Shown: piece by piece, positions 13,701 to 21,960 of the stretch
Position numbering within the stretch: the stretch's first letter is position 1
Layout: the number at the start of each line of letters is the position of its first letter
Virus record (IMG/VR): IMGVR_UViG_2648501186_000003
Location: 1-55,284 of that record
Length of the DNA stretch: 55,284 nucleotides
DNA from: a virus
Taxonomy: Duplodnaviria > Heunggongvirae > Uroviricota > Caudoviricetes
Strand: one strand, 5' to 3'
Translations under genes and position numbers: made by a program
The notes under the pieces: generated by a model
The model's input: only the letters and a program-made list of their open reading frames with translations
Database searches by the model: none
What the model was told of the DNA's origin: nothing

Positions 13701-14532
13701 CACAGCACAGTTTGGCACCATTGGCATTTACAGCAATAAAGCCGAGATCAAGCAGGCAATGGACGCAGCAAGCGCGCGCATCGCAGCAGAACGGGAAGCC
13801 AATCTGAATCATGCAGTCGCCGCACTGACTCAATCGTGGGTAACAGCAATCAGGGAGGCCGCCACCACAGGGAAAATCACACCTGCAATTGCGGATGTCG
13901 TAAACGACGGCTCTAAATTTATGGATGCCTATCAAATGGATGCGGTGCAGTTGCCATCAGCCTATGGCCAACTCAGCTATCGCATGACCTACAACCTGGT
14001 ATCAATGTTTTCCGACCTTGCCATCCTTGGGCTGGTGGATCTTAACGAGGTTACGCCGGAATTGCTCAGCATGCGCAAGAATCATGTGGAGATATTGCAG
14101 AGAATTAACACGGTTCTTGCCGGGCGCACCGATGAAGAGAAACAGGCCGACGCTGATCGGATAAACCTGGCCCTTGGCAACATCACGGAGGAAGAAATTG
14201 CCGCCAGAAACGAGAAACAAGAAGAGTTATCATCAATACAGGGTGATGCCACCAGCATAGCTCAGTCTCTTGGTCTGAATTATCGCGTATCCACCGCCGA
14301 CCTGAAGATGATGTACGCACCGAAATTCGCCGCTGGCGAGGTATTTGGGCTTCAGGAAGCCTCAGGCATGAAAGGCGTTCTTTTCCGTGCGAAAGACGCA
14401 ATCAAGGCGAAATTCGGCGCTCGCTGGCTGCCAGCGAAGGCGAAGAACAGCGATTTCCCGGGTAACTGGTGGATTATCGAGACAAAACACAACGTGGCGG
14501 ACGTTCTGGCCGTCATCCAACAATACGCATAA
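7765..14532 (+). CDS. darB: DarB-like antirestriction protein (N-terminal methyltransferase region plus DEAD/DEAH helicase)
   Basis: 2255 aa; helicase Walker A LGFGTGLGKTT, DEGH box (VIADEGHNY) and a methyltransferase-like N-terminal region; size and position match P1 DarB. Confidence 0.8.
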   Translation: MNKLSMGVFRCSSVSEILKYIRAITSHRAPIKYGVEKVEGKSYDRLRREANQKAIDLLNSLVDGATLTDEQRQILAGYTGEGGIGGSVSEYYTPKPIAEGVWEIMKLYGADVGNTLEPSAGTGVFNETKPVGTVMTATEISSVSGRINQLLHPEDSVQISPFEQLAINTPNDSFDHVVGNVPFGGRDNTRNIDKPYAEETDMGSYFMLRMLDKIKPGGFMCVIVPPSIVSGSNMKRLRLRLSRKAEFLGAHRLPTGTFDANGTSTVVDVVLMRKHPAEMAEKIPLVDESTLESANVLWPTFISGKWFEKDGRRFVHGTQEKGFQGRIEVRADGQIDNQALKAKLIHRFESRIDWSLLDMAEPSPTADVVGEGEMRLINGVWQKYAGGRWIEADAGKELKIDAASYGADSWEALQRNLTTTEGRLGMTFTQMANVRDKYTTSISDDMVQLVDWINSQPEKYRERLYRGAMIGRMLIEYQDMKAAGHSAEQIEQQRLSLVSRLQAEIDRFGNPGRGPIAKLSGSGARAWFAFRGAIKLDGTISDELTGKLVTHDSSASYDSTSYQDTLRYLYSDLTRDPIQLDDFRLAFTGELPASDEELLNLLASTPGIAVSPYGGIVPFARATSGDINEIVAPKQEFLATLPDGPVKNNVLNQLAAIEEKRIKTPAENIRFKLNSRWFDRSVILEFLQENGYPDLRYVQSVQLEGDEMVSDTYHGGDGLFVGHRYGVVQRKDKETGEIRYEWDRKSGENATGFPAQLEKYLNGARIGGKDSATANGYREQMALLEDQFNKWIKTHDRYDELVAKYNDVFNSNIPYEHSGDPLGLKGLSGKRQPFDYQNSEVRRLSEDGRGILGFGTGLGKTTTALALEAFNYENGRSTRTAYVVPKSVLENWYYEAKEFLSEEAFSNYLFVGLDVLMDGDQIRQVPVLDENGKPVLGTDGTPVMRDALKLADEATITARMNAIPHSNYRAVVFTKEQYARIPLRDDTVDEHAQDMLYDFVAAGRVASAMDSDSHRKEAARRRVLSEYSDTGTEKAEKYPYFEDMGFDSVIADEGHNYRNSYKNGREASQLAYLPTSAVAQSARDMAIKNAYLMKKNGGRGPVLLTATPVVNTPIDAYNMLSHVLPKEYWQNMGIYGPDDFVKFFGKTRLETVQKISGEVEEKMALVGFENLDALRGIFHRWVTLKTAEDVKDTVEIPELDEHQQDAPLTEEQLAAYEELRQQAEAAAKANNGVTTSVNEDGVIEHEKDRPIFSIIRDMDRVCTDMDLYYRRITYRFLPEYADAVQQLADSLPKQATSEDDDSDDSITQQSQYSLIDKGEFIQLQVPEAFEQEVNKRLARFGIDEQTVTHPVTPKYAKLIAALKEFFPEGKQIIFTDEKTQHQKLKRIICNALNLEPSKVGILNAQTVAEAGKTGKKLKAVKPPKELPDEPTDAQIAKYNEQMALYDAYIAQQNEMSLGGLEKIAADFQEGRTPIIICNKKAEVGINLHRGTTDIHHLTLPWTPASIAQRNGRGARVGSNRASVRVHYYCGKGSFDEYRLKTLKRKAGWISDILRSDKSEMENADANDMIEMQMYTAKDDGERLAMMQVQMDKAKAAQRARQKEQATIDLQNYIKAQHAAGEDVEVLTAELERSKAELEKTTAEVAKFKQAAMAKAADNADWKARWGSVHHTDRMLLAQYRASLKSAIQRKANISQAISRYEKLLNRTQKAATDIKRLRPLVEDAINKGILDIDPDMVNHASEFLVIGDRSWRVGQYYDCAGDIVRIKSLDFDSQRADVEIIFTFKGTKSGNWDVKTLDKQVDVTPDEDAVMQKISGGVSIAGINDIISCDDFYRFQQRGMIKITDSYGVQTTESGYSIDFVGTYTDPLKHAVYPDRRDGALKSSIAKWVLGMMSEGNNRQIRSAETFLVELFGSNYGDVIASYGDTLSPEAIQEKIVDAIAKMPEKTSQGATRNGDSELEVTNAIFGTNEFRASDYEITTAQFGTIGIYSNKAEIKQAMDAASARIAAEREANLNHAVAALTQSWVTAIREAATTGKITPAIADVVNDGSKFMDAYQMDAVQLPSAYGQLSYRMTYNLVSMFSDLAILGLVDLNEVTPELLSMRKNHVEILQRINTVLAGRTDEEKQADADRINLALGNITEEEIAARNEKQEELSSIQGDATSIAQSLGLNYRVSTADLKMMYAPKFAAGEVFGLQEASGMKGVLFRAKDAIKAKFGARWLPAKAKNSDFPGNWWIIETKHNVADVLAVIQQYA

Positions 14533-14565
14533 CAGGAGCGCCCGGTTCGCCGGGCGTCGCATAAT

Positions 14566-15006
14566 ATGGCCACATTATCTGATACAATAAAACCGAATAA
14601 AACATATCTTGAGGCGGTGCTGCGTACGGCGTTGTTAGGAAAGACAGAAGACGAATACGTTGATTTCTTCCTGTCAGGGCTACGCGGGCGATTACTGAAA
14701 AATCCCCGCCTGTACCGCAGCTATGGTCCATACTGGCCGGAAATTAAAAAATTATTACTGGAGCGCGGTTATGGTAATTTCGGTCGTCTCGTTGACCGTG
14801 ACGTTCGCAAAATTTACCGTTATGACCGTCCGGCGCTGACGCTCATAGCCGCGACGCTCTACAGCCAGGAGCGTTTTGATAATGGTCAGATATACTCAGC
14901 CTGGCATTTACTGCCAGTGCCTGAAGAAGTTGACGACCAGGACTATGAGTTTGAGTCTTACGATTTGGAAGTTGAAGCCTTGGCACAGGCTGGAGAGAAA
15001 ACTTGA
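14566..15006 (+). CDS. Hypothetical protein (P1 ulx position)
   Basis: 146-aa ORF immediately after darB; named by synteny only. Confidence 0.45.
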   Translation: MATLSDTIKPNKTYLEAVLRTALLGKTEDEYVDFFLSGLRGRLLKNPRLYRSYGPYWPEIKKLLLERGYGNFGRLVDRDVRKIYRYDRPALTLIAATLYSQERFDNGQIYSAWHLLPVPEEVDDQDYEFESYDLEVEALAQAGEKT

Positions 15007-15251
15007 AAAAGCGATACTACACAGTAAAGCATGGGACGCTACGAGCATTACAAGAGTTTGCTGATAAGCATAACGTTGAAGTGCGCAGGGAAGGGGGAAG
15101 TAAAGCTCTGCGCATGTACCGTCCGGACGGGAAATGGCGTACAGTCGTCGATTTCAAAACAAACAGTGTTCCCCAGGGCGTCCGCGACCGGGCATTCGAA
15201 GAATGGGAGCAGATCATCATAGATAACGCATTGCTTCTGAATGCTGATTAA
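15003..15251 (+). CDS. Small basic protein (P1 lxc position; possible C1 co-repressor)
   Basis: 82-aa ORF coupled to the upstream ORF; named by synteny only. Confidence 0.4.
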   Translation: MKKRYYTVKHGTLRALQEFADKHNVEVRREGGSKALRMYRPDGKWRTVVDFKTNSVPQGVRDRAFEEWEQIIIDNALLLNAD

Positions 15252-15292
15252 GAACTCTCCGGCCTAGGGAGATTAGGCCGGAGATAAATATA

Positions 15293-16597
15293 CTATATAA
15301 ACTTAGATACAATATCGTGAATCTGTTGTAGCGGGATATCTTCCATCTCATTCTTAATAAGAGAGCGGTTAGATGCTGTCAGTGAAGGCCATTTTGTTTT
15401 CCAGGCTAGATATGCTAGCCATGAGTAGCCAGTTTCGTAAGGTTTATTCATACAAGTCATTGAGTGTTCAACCGCTTGTATGTATTTTTTCTCAAAGTTG
15501 GTTCCTTTTACTTCAAATAAACTACCAAAATAAATAAGCCATTTTGCAAGGTGTTCATACTGTTCCCATGCGCCAGGCTTTTTAGTAAGTTCTATTTTTT
15601 TATCTATTATATTACAAAAAACATTTAATACATTTTCATTATTCCAGCTATATCCAGATGATGAAATGGAGGAAATGATATGATAAAAAGAATCCTCTAG
15701 CTTCAAGAACTCTATTTTATACTCTCTTCCGTTTTTTATTACCGATTTGATTGAGTGCCTCAATTTGTCTTTTATTTTTTTTGCTTCTGGAATTTTATCG
15801 TTAAGTTTTCTAAAGAAATCAGATACCTCTGTTTTATCTATAACCCTAACCCCATAGCAGGAAAAATAGTAATCTTTAATAGGTTGCAATAGTTCCCCTC
15901 GGGAAACAAGGAAAATATTGGAGGACATTACGTTGTCCCGTGAAAATACCTTATATTCATTTATAATAGCCTTTAGGTTCGCGTCACTTAGAGAATAGCC
16001 AAGGATAACAATAGTGTTTTCATGTAGAACTGTGCTTAGTTTATTAGAAAAGTAAGAATTACCATTTATAAATCTGAAATAATCCTCGCTAGTAACAACC
16101 ATGTCTGATGGGGAGTCTATAGAACCGTGAACATGGTAGACTTTAACCTCACAATTATATTTTGGAATTGGCAGGCCGGGGGTGATTGTACAAGTTCGAT
16201 TCTCTCCAGCCAGCTTTTCTGCTAACTTGTCATAATTTGTCGTAATTACTTTAAATGTGTTTTCTTTGAAAAAGTCTTGAATATATTCAATTGATGGATC
16301 AAGTTCGATTGAGGCTATGATTTTCTCAATCTCTTGGTAAATATTTTTCCCCGAAAGTATAAGTTTTAGTGCAATAACCTGAGCAGCTTCTTCAAGGCTA
16401 AGGTCTTTTGCTTTTCCATCAGGAAATAATTCCTCTTTGAGTGAGTCACCATCCTTCAATAAACCGCACAGTTGCTCCAATAAAGATTGCCAACTTGGGG
16501 CTTTATCATCAGAAACAGCCTTTGAAAATCCAGTGCCTGTAAGAAAGCACAGCCTATGTGTAGCCGCTGCATAGGCAATTTCTATATACTCGCTCAT
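15293..16597 (-). CDS. SIR2-domain protein (sirtuin-like NADase, ThsA-type catalytic signatures)
   Basis: Motifs FLTGTGFS (Rossmann), TTNYD (N121) and HVHGS (H157); strongly AT-rich compared with neighbours. Confidence 0.7.
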   Translation of the reverse strand: MSEYIEIAYAAATHRLCFLTGTGFSKAVSDDKAPSWQSLLEQLCGLLKDGDSLKEELFPDGKAKDLSLEEAAQVIALKLILSGKNIYQEIEKIIASIELDPSIEYIQDFFKENTFKVITTNYDKLAEKLAGENRTCTITPGLPIPKYNCEVKVYHVHGSIDSPSDMVVTSEDYFRFINGNSYFSNKLSTVLHENTIVILGYSLSDANLKAIINEYKVFSRDNVMSSNIFLVSRGELLQPIKDYYFSCYGVRVIDKTEVSDFFRKLNDKIPEAKKIKDKLRHSIKSVIKNGREYKIEFLKLEDSFYHIISSISSSGYSWNNENVLNVFCNIIDKKIELTKKPGAWEQYEHLAKWLIYFGSLFEVKGTNFEKKYIQAVEHSMTCMNKPYETGYSWLAYLAWKTKWPSLTASNRSLIKNEMEDIPLQQIHDIVSKFI

Positions 16598-16653
16598 TAC
16601 TTACTCCATTTACTTATAGTTCTACAAAGAAGTATACCCTAATGCATTGACGT

Positions 16654-17295
16654 TTATAGATAATTTCCTTTTCCTGTTAATACTCCCTTAGGCACCTGTT
16701 TTTGTGCCAGCGTTTGGGTGCCGCGAATTATGTTAATCAGAGGGCTTAGTAACGATGGTTCCTGGCGTGCCTCAACTTCTCCAGCCATTGCCCTGATGTA
16801 GTCGGCGCTGGCAACGTTGTTGTATTCCGTCGCAAAGCAACATAGTAACGTCAGAACATGCTCTGTCGTTATTTCGCTCCAGTTGATGTTGAAAAATTCA
16901 TCGCCTTTTTTATCGTGTTCGGAATCGAAGATGCTTTGGTGGAGGATGTATTTGCCGGACTCCTTGCGCGGTAACTTGATCGCTTTCTGGCGTTCCAGCT
17001 CCTTGTAAATCTGCATTGCTTCAATCAGTACCGGCCTGCCGTTCATGAAGGGATCGCGCAACCTTACACGCTGGCCAACTCGACCAGTAATAAAGCTGTT
17101 TTCCTCTTCCACCAGCACGATAAAACCCTTTTCCTCTTTTTCTCGCAATTCGCGCAGCAGCTGGAGTTCCATGTCGCGGCGGCGTTCAGGGTAGCTGGTC
17201 CGCTCAGCCATTATCAGCTCGTTGTTGATCCATGCAGCAGTCATTGACGCCGGTTTGCCGACGCTCATCGAAACAACGCATATTTTCTTATCCAT
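16654..17295 (-). CDS. Hypothetical protein (213 aa), co-oriented immediately upstream of the SIR2 gene
   Basis: Start set at the ATG at 17295 (AGGGG Shine-Dalgarno sequence) rather than the track TTG at 17322; no family motif recognised. Confidence 0.5.
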   Translation of the reverse strand: MDKKICVVSMSVGKPASMTAAWINNELIMAERTSYPERRRDMELQLLRELREKEEKGFIVLVEEENSFITGRVGQRVRLRDPFMNGRPVLIEAMQIYKELERQKAIKLPRKESGKYILHQSIFDSEHDKKGDEFFNINWSEITTEHVLTLLCCFATEYNNVASADYIRAMAGEVEARQEPSLLSPLINIIRGTQTLAQKQVPKGVLTGKGNYL

Positions 17296-17554
17296 AGCGC
17301 CCCTACAAAAAAGAAAAGCCACCAGCGGCGGCTTAGCAATACAACTGAAGGTAGCGCCCGGTACTCAGACTGTGCCGTCCATGGAATATTTGAAAAGGGA
17401 TCCATCCGTACCGGGCGTGTGATGATTCTGACTGAAGTCACTTGTCAGTTGTCAATCATTTATCATTAAAAATAATATATTTATTAGTGCATACAAATAA
17501 GACACTAAGTGTGCACATTGCAACCTCAGAGAGGAAACATTCAACCAGCCTGTA

Positions 17555-17571
17555 ATTGCTCTAATGAATTT
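17555..17571 (+). promoter_or_regulatory. C1-operator-like site (16/17)
   Basis: attgctctaatgaattt; a weaker second site lies at about 17476-17493. Confidence 0.5.
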
Positions 17572-17889
17572 GATTTTTTGGGGCGGAAATACTACCATTG
17601 TACGCCAGACTATTGATCTTCCTGTTGTTCAGGCTTATAGTTCCTACGTCGTAGCAAATTCTGCGACCGGGTTTGACAGCCTGAATGTACATGCGGACAA
17701 CCGCAGATATCCGCATATTGCGGTATTTTTGTGTCCGTAAAACCACGTTACGCCCGAATTATGGTGGGGCGTGATGGGGAGGCTTCGGCCTGCTGGTTTC
17801 ATGTACGCCAGTCTGTCAACCCCGTCACGTCCTGCCACCTGTTTGACAGCGGGTAGCAGGTTGTTAAACCTGTACATGAGGCCGTAACT

Positions 17890-18111
17890 ATGGTTAATGC
17901 CAATCCTTGCGCACACCCTGAATTTATCTGGCGCTTTTACTCCTGCCAGAAACGTCACTATCACTTCGTTATCGCACCAACAGAAGATGAGGCACGTTCT
18001 CAGCTTCCGGATGCTCCCTGTATTTTCTCTGCCCGCTTTTCTACCGATTTGCGCAATTCTCTCAGTTACTGGTGCCTCCCTGTTAACGCTTCTGCTCAGG
18101 AGGGGCTATGA
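17890..18111 (+). CDS. Icd-like small protein (73 aa), coupled to the downstream antirepressor
   Basis: Stop overlaps the antirepressor ATG (ATGA); a 73-aa paralog sits at 23960-24181. Confidence 0.5.
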   Translation: MVNANPCAHPEFIWRFYSCQKRHYHFVIAPTEDEARSQLPDAPCIFSARFSTDLRNSLSYWCLPVNASAQEGL

Positions 18112-19166
18112 GAACGTCATTAGTCACCCGTGAAGAGATGATCGAGGCAATTGAACAGCACACTGCCTGTATCAGTACCAGGGATATACCTGGCGTTATT
18201 GCCAACTACTTCATGATCACCAAACAACTTTACCGGAGAAAGGACAAAAACGCGGTTCACCGCATTCTGCTGTCTGATATCCGTGAATACCTGCTCGAAC
18301 AGGGGCATCTGAATTACGCAACCGTCGCAGCCGAAACACGCAAGGAGGCACACAGAATGAAAGCAAGCAAACCAGATGTTGTCGTTACAAAGCCTTTGAC
18401 AGCAACCACACCAGCAACGGCCATGGATGCTATCCCCAACACCGGAGACACAATCGACAGCCAGACGCTGTTAAAGATGGTCAATGAAGCGCGGAAATTA
18501 TGTAGCGAAAAACCAGTTCGCAATAATGATTTTATTGCCAGAGTTAAGGATGAACTGGATGGTGAGTACTACGAAATTTTCGTAGTGCAAAAATTAAACA
18601 ACACAACATCTGAAACTATCTCCATGACCTACAAACAAGCCCTGCGAGTTGCCGCGCGCGAGTCAAAAGCGGTCCGCCGTTCGCTGATCGACAAACTGGA
18701 GGAATTGCAGCAGGCTAGCACTGCTTCTCCAGTGATTCCCCAAACACTCCCCGAAGCTCTGCGCCTGGCTGCCGAGCTGGCTGAACAAAAGCAACTTCTG
18801 GAACAGAAAGCCCACCAGCTAAATCAGCAGCTGGTGGCCGCCGCTCCTAAAGTCGATTTTGCCGACCGGGTATCAGTAGCTAAAGGGATCCTGATTGGGA
18901 ATTTTGCAAAGGTTGTTGGACTTAAGCAAAACGCGCTGTTTGCCTGGTTACGGGAGAACGGCATCCTGATAGCGTCCGGTGGACGTAAAAATGTGCCGTT
19001 CCAGCAATACATCAACGCTGGGTATTTTTCTGTGAAAGAAGTGGTGCTGGATGATGAAGATGGCTATCAGATACGACTGACGCCCCAGTTAACGGGGAAA
19101 GGCCAGCAGTGGTTGACGCGTAAACTGCTCGATGCTGGCTTGTTAAAACCGGTGGCGGCTGAATGA
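17917..19166. repeat. Left arm of a roughly 1.2-kb inverted duplication (leader, icd-like and antirepressor ends)
   Basis: Near-identical to the reverse complement of about 22845-24153 at the N- and C-terminal coding parts; the central part is diverged. Confidence 0.7.
18108..19166 (+). CDS. Phage antirepressor-like protein with KilAC-type C-terminal domain (copy 1)
   Basis: C-terminal 150 aa are identical to the 372-aa paralog; the first ~75 aa are near-identical; the middle domain differs. Confidence 0.65.
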   Translation: MRTSLVTREEMIEAIEQHTACISTRDIPGVIANYFMITKQLYRRKDKNAVHRILLSDIREYLLEQGHLNYATVAAETRKEAHRMKASKPDVVVTKPLTATTPATAMDAIPNTGDTIDSQTLLKMVNEARKLCSEKPVRNNDFIARVKDELDGEYYEIFVVQKLNNTTSETISMTYKQALRVAARESKAVRRSLIDKLEELQQASTASPVIPQTLPEALRLAAELAEQKQLLEQKAHQLNQQLVAAAPKVDFADRVSVAKGILIGNFAKVVGLKQNALFAWLRENGILIASGGRKNVPFQQYINAGYFSVKEVVLDDEDGYQIRLTPQLTGKGQQWLTRKLLDAGLLKPVAAE

Positions 19167-19168
19167 TT

Positions 19169-19192
19169 AAAAAAGGCGGCCTTGCGGCCGCC
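19169..19192 (-). terminator. Minus-strand intrinsic terminator
   Basis: ggcggcc-ttgc-ggccgcc with a run of T on the minus strand. Confidence 0.5.
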
Positions 19193-19413
19193 AATGATGT
19201 CACGGAGTCTATAATGGCAATGTGAATGTCTTCGTAGTTGACTAAAGCCACAACTCAATTATAACAATTAATTATAGCAATGGTGGCTATTTTATTTATC
19301 GCGAATCACATTTTTTCTCTTCAGTACCTGTGTGCTATACTCCTTCTTGATTGATTGGATGCGGAATACAAACCCGCTCTTTTGTGCAGCCTGGCTCCTT
19401 GCCAGGCTTTTTT

Positions 19414-19725
19414 TTATTTCATCATGGAAGCTGTTAACGCTTTGGACCTTGCTGAACTGATTGAGAGGACTTTGTCAACGTGCCCCAAAAATTCGCCAAA
19501 CTCAGACATCACTTTAGCAAAACCGCGCCGTGCTTCTTCCTCGGTGGCGTTCATCACGAAATGTTCAGCACCACGCATACTTTTGACAGGGAACGCAACG
19601 GATATTGAGTCAATATCTGGCATTCTATCGCTCAGCTTTACAGTGACAATGACGGCTGGCGACTGAATATTAGTGCTTACAGACAGCACTACATATTTTC
19701 CGTCGATGTTGAAATTCTTTCTCAT
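19414..19725 (-). CDS. Small protein downstream of cre (P1 cra position)
   Basis: 103-aa ORF co-oriented with cre; named by synteny only. Confidence 0.45.
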   Translation of the reverse strand: MRKNFNIDGKYVVLSVSTNIQSPAVIVTVKLSDRMPDIDSISVAFPVKSMRGAEHFVMNATEEEARRGFAKVMSEFGEFLGHVDKVLSISSARSKALTASMMK

Positions 19726-19775
19726 ATGTCGCCATAAATATCAAAGAATTAGAGCAATCATTTACGCGTTAATGG

Positions 19776-20807
19776 CTAATCGCCATCTTCCAGCAGGCGC
19801 ACCATTGCCCCTGTTTCACTATCCAGGTTACGGATATAGTTCATGACAATATTTACGTTGGTCCAGCCACCAGCTTGCATGATCTCCGGTATTGAAACTC
19901 CGGCGCGGGCCATATCTCGCGCGGCTCCGACACGGGCACTGTGTCCAGACCAGGCCAGGTATCTCTGACCAGAGTCATCCTTAGCGCCGTAAATCAATCG
20001 ATGAGTTGCTTCAAAAATCCCTTCCAGGGCGCGAGTTGATAGCTGGCTGGTGGCAGATGGCGCAGCTACGCCATTTTTTCTGACACGGCAAAACAAGTAG
20101 TTATTCGGATCATCAGCCACACCAGAGACAGAAATCCATCGCTCGACCAGTTTAGTTACCCCCAGGCTAAGTGCCTTCTCTACACCAGCGGTACTAACCA
20201 GCGTTTTCGTTCTGCCAATATGGATTAACATTCTCCCACCGTCTGTACGTGAGATATCTTTAACCCTGATCCTGGCAATTTCGGCTATACGTAACAGGGT
20301 GTTATAAGCAATCCCCAGAAATGCCAGATTACGTATATCCTGGCAGCGATCGCTATTTTCCATGAGTGAACGAACCTGGTCGAAATCAGTGCGTTCGAAC
20401 GCCAGTGCCTGTTTTGCACGTTCACCGGCATCAACGTTTTCTTTTCGGATCCGTCGCATGACCAGTGAAACAGCATTACTGTCACTTGGTCGTGGCAGCC
20501 CGGACCGACGATGAAGCATGTTTAGCTGGCCCAAATGTTGCTGGATAGTTTTCACTGCCAGACCGCGCGCCTGAAGATATAGAAGATAATCGCGAACATC
20601 TTCAGGTTCTGCGGGAAACCACTTCCGGTTATTCAACTTGCACCATGCCGCCCACGACCGGCAAACGGACAGAAGCATTTTCCAGGTATGCTCAGAAAAC
20701 GCCTGGCGATCCCTGAACATGTCCATCAGGTTCTTGCGAACCTCATCACTCGTTGCATCGACCGGTAATGCAGGCAAATTTTGGTGTACGGTCAGTAAAT
20801 TGGACAT
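19776..20807 (-). CDS. cre: Cre tyrosine recombinase
   Basis: 343-aa translation matches P1 Cre as remembered (MSNLLTVHQNLPALPV...RLLEDGD). Confidence 0.97.
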   Translation of the reverse strand: MSNLLTVHQNLPALPVDATSDEVRKNLMDMFRDRQAFSEHTWKMLLSVCRSWAAWCKLNNRKWFPAEPEDVRDYLLYLQARGLAVKTIQQHLGQLNMLHRRSGLPRPSDSNAVSLVMRRIRKENVDAGERAKQALAFERTDFDQVRSLMENSDRCQDIRNLAFLGIAYNTLLRIAEIARIRVKDISRTDGGRMLIHIGRTKTLVSTAGVEKALSLGVTKLVERWISVSGVADDPNNYLFCRVRKNGVAAPSATSQLSTRALEGIFEATHRLIYGAKDDSGQRYLAWSGHSARVGAARDMARAGVSIPEIMQAGGWTNVNIVMNYIRNLDSETGAMVRLLEDGD

Positions 20808-21225
20808 TTAACACTCAGATGATGGTTTTAAGTAAAGTGTACAGGATCGGCTCTGCCTTTACCTGTTTATGGTTCTCGTCATAGAAACGCCAGCGACCGC
20901 GCGTGCGTTCTATTTTCTCTTCACCGAGCGATAATGACAGTTGGCAACTATCACGATCAAACCCTTTTGCCCGCCAGTAACCACGGTTTTTCTCAAGCTC
21001 AAGATGAGTGGACACTTTAGCAGTTGAATATCCCATTTTTCACCTCTGATTGATTGGTGGTGCTAAGTGCGCTACGCGAAATCTGTAGGACTAACACTGC
21101 CAACTTTTCACAGATTTTACGTAGCGCAACCTTGATCAAATGATCAAGTGATCACTATTTGACCTGCTAAGGTATTGAACTGTATGGATTTACAGGTAAA
21201 TTGATCATATTCAATAACCCTTAAG

Positions 21226-21259
21226 ATAACTTCGTATAATGTTCGCTATACGAAGTTAT
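21226..21259. other. lox recombination site with canonical 13-bp arms and a variant spacer
   Basis: ATAACTTCGTATA-ATGTTCGC-TATACGAAGTTAT; canonical loxP spacer is ATGTATGC. Confidence 0.9.
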
Positions 21260-21302
21260 CAGGTCCGAAGAGGAGTTTACGTCCAGCTGCGCACAAAAAT
21301 CA

Positions 21303-21319
21303 AGAATTATTAGAGCAAT
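21303..21319 (-). promoter_or_regulatory. C1-operator-like site (15/17)
   Basis: agaattattagagcaat. Confidence 0.45.
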
Positions 21320-21385
21320 AAATTTTGAGAGAAAAATCCCACTCCACCAGCTAAAAACTGGATTGTTTTTCATAGTTGTTTGACA

Positions 21386-21402
21386 ATTGCTCTAATAAAT
21401 TA
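21386..21402 (+). promoter_or_regulatory. C1-operator-like site (16/17), upstream of coi-c1
   Basis: attgctctaataaatta. Confidence 0.55.
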
Positions 21403-21640
21403 TAGTTTTGCCGACGTTACGTAATACGACTTTGGATTCACTATTTAATGTGTCTTCAGCGTTGTAGAGCGGCTCAGAAGGAAATGAGCAAACAGGGAAA
21501 CCTTATACAACGGCATTACAGCTATGCATTGCTCATCTTACACACAGCGCAATGTTGTTAGATTACCCCAGCATGGATCATGGGTGAAACAGTAGGTCAG
21601 AGCTTCAGGCTCTGTGTTGTCAATACAGTGAGGCATAATT

Positions 21641-21850
21641 ATGGCTTTCATTCAACCAACCATCGACGACGTTAGACATTGCTCTAACGCTTTATCTGTA
21701 GACCCTGCCGAAACCGACGCTGCCCGCGCCATTGCTGAACACTACTCAAAGATATCCAATCAGGAGTACCGCATCACCCAAGACGACCTGGATGACCTCA
21801 CTGACACAATCGAATATCTCATGGCAACTAACCAGTTAGACTCACAATAA
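21641..21850 (+). CDS. coi: C1 inactivator Coi
   Basis: 69-aa ORF immediately upstream of c1. Confidence 0.7.
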   Translation: MAFIQPTIDDVRHCSNALSVDPAETDAARAIAEHYSKISNQEYRITQDDLDDLTDTIEYLMATNQLDSQ

Positions 21851-21866
21851 ATGCACTAATAAATCT
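21850..21866 (+). promoter_or_regulatory. C1-operator-like site (14/17) between coi and c1
   Basis: aatgcactaataaatct. Confidence 0.4.
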
Positions 21867-21960
21867 ATTATTTTTGTTTGATCCCTCTATAATATAGGTC
21901 AGTAATGACCGGTTTTCTCAGCCGGGCGTTATTGACCATGTCAATTCTGGAGGAGGATCA

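Noticed and set aside
8085-14220. Numerous 60-180 aa ORFs on both strands inside darB (for example 8085-8339, 10966-11499, 13684-13935)
   Set aside because: Fully embedded in the 2255-aa darB reading frame, with no independent start context; they look like frame-overlap artefacts.
19355-19666. Plus-strand 103-aa ORF antisense to the cra-like gene
   Set aside because: Mutually exclusive with the minus-strand ORF, which is co-oriented with and downstream of cre as in P1; the plus ORF has low-complexity composition.
20815-21036. 73-aa minus-strand ORF between lox and cre
   Set aside because: Lies in the expected cre promoter/leader region with no convincing Shine-Dalgarno sequence; not called as a gene.
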